Shown here: piece by piece, positions 46,611-57,405 of the stretch | How positions within the stretch are numbered: the stretch's first letter is position 1 | Layout of the letters: every line of letters starts with the position of its first letter | Assembly (NCBI GenBank): GCA_002269645.1 | Contig: NIVC01000019.1 | Location: 992,001 to 1,056,000 of the forward strand | Length of the DNA: 64,000 bases | Source: Macrostomum lignano | Taxonomy: Eukaryota | Direction: 5' to 3' | Program-made: the position numbers and the translations under genes | Notes under the pieces: generated by a model | Told to the model about the DNA's origin: nothing | Seen by the model: only the letters and a program-made list of their open reading frames with translations | The model's database searches: none

Positions 46611-46705
46611 TCAGCTCCTGGACTCGCCGCCGCTGCTGTCCTCCGCCTCTTCAAGCAGGCCGTAGCGCCGTCGCCTCCTCAGGCGGCCCCCGGTGCCCGC
46701 TGGTC
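46611..46705 (-). CDS. NPC1: NPC1 terminal exon 10A ([31 protein letters not shown])
   Basis: CTAAC branch-like motif, CAG acceptor, phase 1, GC-rich island, TGA stop, ATTAAA about 130 nt downstream. Confidence 0.65.
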
Positions 46706-49700
46706 CTGTTTTTTCGCATTGTTAGTTATTTGAGATAATCGATTAGCATCTCAATCAGGGCTGACAATCAGAACGAAAAATAGCCAACAAATCAAAACGT
46801 TGATAAAATGCTAACTAAATTCAATCTTGGCGGTTATTGCATTTTAATTTTTCTCATATAATGTCGCCGCTGCAGAAATATAAATTGTTTCATTTCGCGT
46901 CACGCTACTTACAGTACACTAAATAGCGTATGTTAGATTTTTTAATTTAACGATTTTATCCATCTTTTATAGTGGAATAAAAAAGATTTGAGGGACTAAC
47001 TGATCCCGATTGAATCTGGGACTGATTTGGGACTAACTGATCCCGATTGAATCTGGGACTGATTGTGGGACTAACTGATCCCGATTGAATCTGGGACTGA
47101 TTGTGGGACTAACTGATCCCGATTGAATCTGGGACTGATTGTGGGACTAACTGATCCCGATTGAATCTGGGACTGATTCGGGACCAACTATCCCGATTGA
47201 ATCTGGGACTGATTGTGGGACTAACTGATCCCGATTGAATCTGGGACTGATTGTGGGACTAACTGATCCCGATTGAATCTGGGACTGATTGTGGGACTAA
47301 CTGATCCCGATTGAATCTGGGACTGATTGTGGGACTAACTGATCCCGATTGAATCTGGGACTGATTCGGGACCAACTATCCCGATTGAATCTGGGACTGA
47401 TTGTGGGACTAACTGATCCCAAATAAACTAAATTTTCGATACATATCGGCATAACTCACCGACATAGCTGAGCAGCACAGGCAGGAACACGAGGCCGTGC
47501 AGGGCTCCGAACAGCACAATGCCCAGGTACATGCGGAAGTAGAAAATTTTGAACAGCTGGGATTTGGCAAAACCGAGGATCACAATGCCGCCCAGCTTGG
47601 TGAGGGTGATGCCGGAGAACACGGAGCTGCCCATATGGACAAAACTGTCCCGAGCTCTGGCCAGCCGGCTGGTCTCCTTGGAGACGGCGAAAGCACGGAC
47701 CAGGTGCGAGCAGAACTCCACCGAGATGCCCACGGTCTGGGGGGTTGGGGGTCAGAGGGGTCGACATTTCAACAATGATAATCATCATTTCAACCATGAT
47801 AATCATCATTTTAAGCATGAAAATCATCATTTCAACCATAACAATCATCATTTTAACCATGATAATCATCATTTCAACAATGATAATCATCATTTCAACA
47901 ATGATAATCATCATTTCAACGATGATTTTCATCATTATCAACAATCACAATCATCATTTTAACTATCACTATCAGCATTTAAACAATGATAATAATCATT
48001 TCAATAATAATAATCATCATTTTAAGCATGAAAATCATCATTTCAAACATGAAAATCATCATTTCAACCATGACAATCATCATTTCAACCATGATAATCA
48101 TAATTTTAAGATTGAAAATCATCATTTCAACCATGATAATCATCATTTAAGCATGATAATAATTATTTCAACAATGAAAATAATCATTTCAACCATGATA
48201 ATCATCATTTTAAGCATGATAATAATTATTTCAACAATGAAAATAATCATTTCAACCATGATAATCATCATTTTAAGCATGATAATCATTATTTCAACCA
48301 TGACAATAATCATTCCAACAATGATAATCATCAATTCAACGATGATATTCATCATTATCAACAATCACAATCGTCATTTTAACTATCACTATCAATATTT
48401 AAACAATGATAATAATCCTTTCAATAATAATAACCATCATTTTAACAATGACAATCATCATTTTAACAGTCATAATCATCATTTTAACAACCATGATAAG
48501 CGATAGGCATCTTTAAAAAGCTAGGATAAATGGTTTTTCTTTCATCAACGTTGCAGCTGTGAAAATCACTATATCAACCACAAAATGAATACTAAAAAAG
48601 TAACGAGTGTTAAAAACGTAACAAAACCAATAGCGGCAGTTTGAGCAGCTTGAAACACGCACGCTAGCACTAATTTCATTTCAGTGCCAGGCAGTGCTAA
48701 GAGAATATGTTTCAATTTGACCCGAAATAAAGTGCATATAGCATTAGAATTGGCTACATTTCCCTGATAAGCAATGTCACGCTATAACTCATATAGGCCC
48801 TGCAGTGCCTGACTTGACCTATGGATTGTGAACATTCAACCTGGGCATTTCATTGCGCAGTCCAGTCACGCCAGTTACTTATCGGAGACTATGCTACTTC
48901 ATTTTTGGTGTTCCAATTTTAATTTTCCTCGCCCTAACTTTCTAGAACTGTTTTTATAATCTCATAAATCAGGGCAGTGTTGGTTGATTAAAGTGTGCCA
49001 ATGCACTTTTCTCAAGTTAAAGTACATGCCGTGAATGACGACTATACCAATATATATCCACATCGCTACCCACAGACACGGTGTCCAGGCTACCCACAGA
49101 CACAGAGTCCAGGCTACTCACAGACACAGTGTCTAGGCTACCCACAGACATAGTATCCAGGCTACCCACAGACAGTATCCAGGCTATCCACACCGTGTCC
49201 AGGCTACCCACAGACACAGTGTCCAGGCTACCCACAGACACAGAGTCTAGGCTACCCACAGACACAGTGTCTAGGCTACCCACAGACAGTATCCAGGCTA
49301 TCCACACTGTCCAGGCTACCCACAGACATAGTATCCAGGCTACCCACAGACAGTATCCAGGCTACCCACAGACACATTGTCTAGGCTACCCACAGACACA
49401 TTGTCTAGGCTACCCACAGACATAGTATCCAGGCTACCCACAGACACAGTGTCTAGGCTACCCACAGATAGTATCCAGGCTACCCACAGACAGTATCCAG
49501 GCTACCCACAGACACATTGTCTAGGCTACCCACAGACATAGTATCCAGGCTACCCACAGACACAGTGTCCAGGCTACCCACAGACACAGTATCCAGGCTA
49601 CCCACAGAGACAGTATCCAGGCTACCCACAGAGACAGTATCCAGGCTACCCACAGAGACAGTATCCAGGCTACCCACAGAGACAGTATCCAGGCTACCCA

Positions 49701-52700
49701 CAGACACAGTATCCAGGCTACCCACAGACACAGTATCCAGGCTACCCACAGACAGTGTCCAGGCTACCCACAGACACAGTATCCAGGCTACCCACAGACA
49801 CAGTATCCAGGCTACCCACAGACAGTGTCCAGGCTACCCACAGACACAGTGTCTAGGCTACCCACAGACACAGTGTCTAGGCTACCCACAGTATCCAGGC
49901 TACCATCGCTCACCATGACGAGGTTCACCAGTGACACAGCGTTAAGCGTGATATCCCAGAAGTACATGAAGCCAAGCATGGAGTTGAGAATCAGGCCGAT
50001 GGTGAGCAGTATGATGCAGGTGGAGAACAGGTCGAATCCAAGCAGGATGAAGGTCACAACGCCGATAGCGGCAACGCAGATTGACAGGTTGACAACCGTG
50101 TCGTGCACAATGGTCAGGTATTGCTCGTAGAATACATAGAACACGCTGTACGGGAATACATTGATCTCCCTGGCAACAATTCGGTTGGAGGGTTGATCGA
50201 TTTAGAAGCATGCAGACAAAGCGGGACTAACTGATCCCGAATGAATCTGGGACTGATTGCGGGACTAACTGATCCCGAATGAATCTGGGACTGATTGCGG
50301 GACTAACTGATCCCGAATGAATCTGGGACTGATTGCGGGACTAATCCAATGAATCTGGAACTGACTGCGGGACTAACTGATCCCGAATGAATCTGGGACT
50401 GACTGCGGGACTAACTGATCCCGAATGAATCTGGGACTGATTGCGGGACTAATCCAATGAATCTGGGACTGATTGCGGGACTAACTGATCCCGAATGAAT
50501 CTGGGACTGACTGCGGGACTGAACCAATGAATCTGGGACTGACTGCGGGACTAACCCAATGAATCTGGGACTGATTGCAGGACTAACCCAATGAATCTGG
50601 GACTCAAATACAATAAAATACACAAATAACTCACTTTGATTGAGTAACATTCTCAAAGTACTCATTAATATCGTCAGTCATTTTAATAGCCATCTTGTAG
50701 GCGTTAATAAAATCGTCGCCGGTCCTGAGCACGGAGTGGTAGGTCATGTAGTAGGAGGCGGTCACTGCCCCGGTGGCGTTGGACCTCGCTATGGCCGTAG
50801 CGTAGGCGGCGTGTCCGCCTTTGGCGCAGGCGGGCCCGGGGTTGTCCATGAGGAAATAGTCCAGGTAGCGGTAGAACTCCGACTGCACTGGCCGGCCGTC
50901 TGAAGTGAAATTCACGTTGCAGGAGACGCAGTCGGTGGCCGAGCTGGTGGCCGGACAGAAGCCGCCGGAGCCGGCCGTGTGATAGCGGCAGCAGGGCGGG
51001 TGTCCGCTTGGGTCCAGCCAGTCCACATAGTCGTCAAACCAGGAGCTGGGCGGGCTAACAATATAGGAATAGGTTGGAATCTCGGACATCTGGGACAGCT
51101 GGCCGACCATGGACTTCTGTGGACAGCCGGCCCGGCTGCACACCAGGTTCTGCTGGCTGGGATCCGAGTAGTCCAGCGGGCCGCGAACTACAAAGTAGAC
51201 GGGCGGCCCGACGCTCAAATACCGCTTGATGCCGTCGAAATAGTCGATCACGTAGCTGTCCTCGGGCATGCTGAGCTCCTGGTCCAGGCCTACTCGGACA
51301 TTGTGCACCGAGGCCAGGCACAGGCAGGCCCAGCCGGTGAACAGCAGGATAACAAACGGCCGGACCCAGGATTGGAACAGCACAGCCGATATGTAGCGCT
51401 TGAATAGTTGGAATAGCAAGCCGCTGTTGTTGCTGTTAGATTGCGCAGAGTCCGGATTCGAGTCCAGGATCTCACGCGGAAGCTGCTGTTGCTGATGCTG
51501 CGCGGCCTGCTCATCCTTGGACGCCAGCAGGCAGCAGAGAACGTCCGGCCTGCCGGCTGCCTGACGCCTAGCGTCCAGCGACAGCAGCGCCACGAAGCAG
51601 CTGATCTGCAGCAGGAAGTCCACCAGCACGGCCATGCCAGCGTACAGGGCGAACACGCGGACGGCCGGCATGGAGGTCAGGGCGCCAAAGAAGAAGGCCA
51701 CGGACTCGCTCAGGCTGCTCAGCAGCATGCTGGGCCCCACGCTGCCCACTGAGCGGGCGATCCGGGCCTGTGGGGGAACAGCTGAAGGGCTTGAGATCCT
51801 GTCTAGATTCTAAATGACCCCACTATCTAGATCCTAAATGACCACCCTATCTAGATCCTAAATGACCACCCTATCTAGATCCTAAATGACCACCCTATCT
51901 AGATCCTAAATGACCACCCTATCTAGATCCTAAATGACCACCCTATCTAGATCCTAAATGACCCTCTTAGTTCTAGATCCAAAATGACCACCCTATCTAG
52001 ATCCTAAATGACCACCCTATCTAGATCCTAAATGACCACCCACCTAGTTCTAGATACTAAATGACCCCCCTAGTTCTAGATACCAAATGCCCCCCCCCCT
52101 AGTTCTAGATACTAAATTACCACCTACCCTAGTTCTAGATACTAAATTACCACCCCCCTAGTTCTAGATACTTAACTACCACCCATCCTAGTTCTAGATA
52201 CTAAATTACCACCCATCCTAGTTCTAGATACTAAATTACCACCCATCCTAGTTCTAGATACTAAATTACCACCTACCCTAGTTCTAGATACTAAATTACC
52301 ACCCACCCTAGTTCTAGATACTAAATTACCACCCCCCTAGTTCTAGATACTAAATGACCACCCACCCTACTTCTAGATACTAAATGACCACCCACCCTAG
52401 TTCTAGATACTAAATGCCCCCCCCCCTAGTTCTAGATACTAAATTACCACCCACCCTAGTTCTAGATACTAAATTACCACCCACCTAGTTCTAGATACTA
52501 AATTACCACCCACCCTACTTCTAGATACTAAATTACCACCCACCCTAGTTCTAGATACTTAACTACCACCCCCCTAGTTCTAGATACTAAATTACCACCT
52601 ACCCTAGTTCTAGATACTTAACTACCACCCACCTAGTTCTAGATACTAAATTACCACCTACCCTAGTTCTAGATACTAAATTACCACCCCCCCCTAGTTC

Positions 52701-55700
52701 TAGATACTAAATTACCACCCCCCCTAGTTCTAGATACTAAGTTACCACCCATCCTAGTTCTAGATACTAAACTACCACCCATCCTAGTTCTAGATACTAA
52801 ATTACCACCTACCCTAGTTCTAGATACTAAATTACCACCCACCCTAGTTCTAGATACTAAATTACCACCCCCCTAGTTCTAGATACTAAATGACCACCCA
52901 CCCTACTTCTAGATACTAAATGACCACCCACCCTAGTTCTAGATACTAAATTACCACCCACCTAGTTCTAGATACTAAATTACCACCCACCCTACTTCTA
53001 GATACTAAATTACCACCCACCCTAGTTCTAGATACTAAATTACCACCCACCCTACTTCTAGATACTAAATTACCACCCACCCTAGTTCTAGATACTAAAT
53101 TACCACCCCCCTAGTTCTAGATACTAAATTACCACCCACCCTAGTTCTAGATACTAAATTACCACCCCCCTAGTTCTAGATACTAAATTACCACCTACCC
53201 TAGTTCTAGATACTTAACTACCACCCACCTAGTTCTAGATACTAAATGACCACCCACCCTAGTTCTAGATACTAAATTACCACCCCCCTAGTTCTAGATA
53301 CTAAATTACCACCCCCCCCCTAGTTATAGATACTAAATTACCACCCATCCTAGTTCTAGATACTAAATTACCACCCATCCTAGTTCTAGATACTAAATTA
53401 CCACCTACCCTAGTTCTAGATACTAAATGACCACCCACCCTACTTCTAGATACTAAATTACCACCCACCCTAGTTCTAGATACTAAATTACCACCCACCC
53501 TAGTTCTAGATACTAAATTACCACCCACCCTACTTCTAGATACTAAATTACCACCCACCCTAGTTCTAGATACTAAATTACCACCCCCCTAGTTCTAGAT
53601 ACTAAATTACCACCCACCCTAGTTCTAGATACTAAATTACCACCCCCCTAGTTCTAGATACTAAATGACCCCCTAGTTCTAGATACTAAATGACCCCCTA
53701 GTTCTAGATACTAGATGGCCCCCACCCCCTATTATAGGATCCTAAGGAATCCTTGACCCTATTCCAGGCGGATAACGCACGTGATTCTGAGATGACTGGT
53801 TTACCTGCACGCAGTCGGCATAGGCGGTGTCCCGCTGGTAGTGCTGCACCAGAATGAATATGTTATCAACTCCAACGGCCAGCACTAGGAAAGGCACAAC
53901 CTCGATAATGATAAGCGTGGCCGGGAAGCCCAGATAGCTCCAGAATCCCAGGGAGCAGGCCACAGCGATCAGCACAATGACCACACCGGCCAGGCCCAGG
54001 GTGACCTTGGCGTCGATGAACAGCCGGTTGCAGGACTTGTACTGACCCAGCGTGATGGTCACGTAGGCAAACATCACCAGGTAGCTAATAAGGATTGTCA
54101 GCACGTCCGAGTTCGATTCTCGTTCCAGCTCGTCTTCAATCGAGCGCTCCGACGAGTAGCGCACATCGAATTCGGCCGAATTGTCCTCTTTGAACTGGCG
54201 AGCCACCTTGAGAAAGGCCGACTCCCATTCTTTGGCCGCGCGCACCTGTTTGAGGGATTTTAATTGAATAAATGACAGTATACTGTTGTGAAGGGCAATG
54301 TTCAGGAGAGGATGGTAGGGATAATGGGGATCTATAGCGGATAATGGAAATTTGTAGGGGAAATGAGGATCTGTAGGGGATAATGGGGATCTATAGGGGA
54401 TAATGGGGATCCATAGAGGATAATGGGGATCAATAGGGGATAATGGGGATCTACATGGGATAATGGGGATCTACATGGGATAATGGGGATCTGTAGGGGA
54501 TAATGTGGATCTTTAGGGGATAATGGGGATCCATAGAGGATAATGGGGATCTGTAAGGTATAATGGGGATCTGTAGGGGATAATGGGGATCTGTAGGGGA
54601 TAATGGGGATCTGTAGGGGATAATGGGGATCTGTAGGGGATGATGGAAACTTGTAGGGGATAATGGCGATCTGTAGGGGATAATGGGGATCTATAGAAGA
54701 TAATGTGGATCGATAGGGGACAATGGGGATCTGTAAGGGATAATGGGGATTTTTTAGTGATGATGAGAATTTTTCGGGGATAGTAGGGATATTTTATGAA
54801 GCATGGGGATATTTTAGGGATCATGAGAATCTTGCGATTTAAAGGAACTTAAGTGGATTTAAATAAGAGACTTACAGAAATTAGTTAAAATAGAGCAAAT
54901 TAAAATCAGATTTATAAAGTAACTGACCTGCTTCGACTCAGAATTAACATCGTTATTAACAATAAAGGTTAGCACAATAGCGCTGGCATTCAGATAAGCG
55001 GTTCCATTATAACCGCCAAACACCACCCAGGGATAAATTGGGCCGCCCCATTCGGCAAAGCAGCTCATCTGGTTCGGGCTGTTGTCGTTCATGCTGATAG
55101 GGTTCTGGGTGCAGGCCACCAGGTGGGTGATCCAATCAGCGTCCACAAGGTCGAAGTCGTTCAGGTGAGTCAGGTTCAAATTGGTGCCGTTGGATTGGAA
55201 ATAGCCCAGAGGGCTTTGCACCGCGCAGGTGGAGTAGTCCGGGGCCAGAGGCTTGAAGCAGATGTCCGTGAGGCTCATGTTCCTGCCGAGGGTGTCGCTC
55301 CACACTTCCATGTTGGTCACGTGGGTCTGCAGGTCCAGCAGCTTCTGGAGGAACTGCTTGCGTACCACCGGGCTGAACACTTTGTAGGGCAGCGGTTCGA
55401 AGTAGGGGTCGTGCGAGAACAGCGTCTGGTTCCTGGGGATCACGATGATCTGCTCAGAGCGGTAGAACGGGCTGTGGGACGGAGTGAGATAGGATGAAGA
55501 CTAGCGTGAACCAGCGTGACACACATGACTCACTGACTCTTGTTTAAATCTACAAACAATGGGTCAGTGCTGACCCACAGATAATTGCTTGACCCACTGA
55601 CACTTGCCGACCCACAGACACTTGCTGACCCACAGATACTTGCTGACCCACAGATACTTGCTGGCCCACAGATACTTGCTAACCCACAGACACTTGCTGA

Positions 55701-57364
55701 CCCACAGATACTTGCCGACCCACAGACACTTGCTGACTCACAGATAATTGCTGACCCACAGACACTTGCTGACCCAGAGATAATATTGCTGACCCACAGA
55801 TAATTGCTGACCCACAGATACTAGCTGACCCACAGACACTTGCCAACCCACAGACACTTGCTGACTCATAGACACTTGCCGACCCACAGACACTTGCTGA
55901 CCCACAGACACTTGCCGACCCACAGACACTTGCTGACTCACAGACACTTGCTGACTCACAGATAATTGCTGACCCACAGACACTTGCCGACCCACAGACA
56001 CTTGCTGACCCAGAGATAATATTGCTGACCCACAGATAATTGCTGACCCACAGATACTTGCTAACCCACAGACACTTGCTGACTCACAGACACTTGCTGA
56101 CTCACAGATAATTGCTGACCCACAGACACTTGCCGACCCACAGACACTTGCTGACTCACAGATAATTGCTGACCCACAGACACTTGCTGACCCAGAGATA
56201 ATATTGCTGACCCACAGATAATTGCTGACCCACAGATACTAGCTGACCCACAGACACTTGCTGACTCATAGACACTTGCTGACCCACAGACACTTGCCGA
56301 CCCACAGACACTTGCTGACTCACAGACACTTGCTGACTCACAGATACTTGCTGACTCACAGATAATTGCTGACCCACAGACACTTGCTGACCCAGAGATA
56401 ATATTGCTGACCCACAGATAATTGCTGACCCACAGATAATTGCCGACCCACAGACACTTGCTGACTCACAGACACTTGCTGACTCACAGATACTAGCTGA
56501 CCCACAGACACTTGCTGACCCAGTGACTCACCCGAAATTCTCATCAAAAAAGTTTTTCTGCTGCCTAGCCATGGAATCCGGTGCGCTCCACAGCTCCACG
56601 GGGTCGGTGGTGACCTGAAAGAAGAACACTCCGCATGACAGACCGACGCACAGCAACAACCCGGCAACCAGTACAATGACTGGCCTGTCGGCTACCAGAC
56701 GGCCCCAGGAGGTGAAAGCGGCTTCCAGGCGGGACTCGAACTCGGCGTTGATCCGGTCGCCGCAGCCGATGTCCTTGTCGCTCAGCGGCCGACCTTCCGA
56801 CGAAGAAGCGGCCGTCGCGTTGGAGGCGGCGGTCGATGCCGATGGCGGCTCATTCTGGAACAGCTTGAAACCCATGCTGTTGTTGGCGTACACGTGGAAG
56901 AAGATGTTGGCCCCGCCGAATAGCAGGATGAAAACGGCGTACACCAGGAAGAGGATCAGGTACCAGCCGTCTACGCCGAGGATGCGCCACGGCTTCGGCG
57001 GGGCCGGAATGGGCGGCGGCTTCACGCAGGCGGCCTGGGAAGGCAAAAGGGGATGAGGGGATAAATATAATAAATATTCTATTTATAAAACTCAATCATT
57101 GATTTAAACGGAAATTAGTTTAATCACTCATTCTTACGGAAATCACTCACCTTCTTAGTAATCATTTATTTATAACACGGCAATTTTTTTAACCCAAGGG
57201 CCAGAGACAGGAGATTAGAGAAGAGAGGGAATAGATGAGAAAAGAGAGAGGATAGAGGAGGGGAGAGGAGAGAGGGTAGAGGAGAGGGGGAGAGGAGATG
57301 AGAGGGGAGAGGAAAGGGAAGGAGAAAGAAGAGAGGGAAGAGAAGGGGAGAGAAGAGAGAGAGG

Positions 57365-57405
<41 letters not shown>

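Noticed and set aside
50640-51752. Antisense ORFs overlapping GC-rich exons (also 8126-8611, 38661-39182, 55123-55497, 56676-57056)
   Set aside because: Typical shadow ORFs of GC-rich coding sequence; no splice or domain support.
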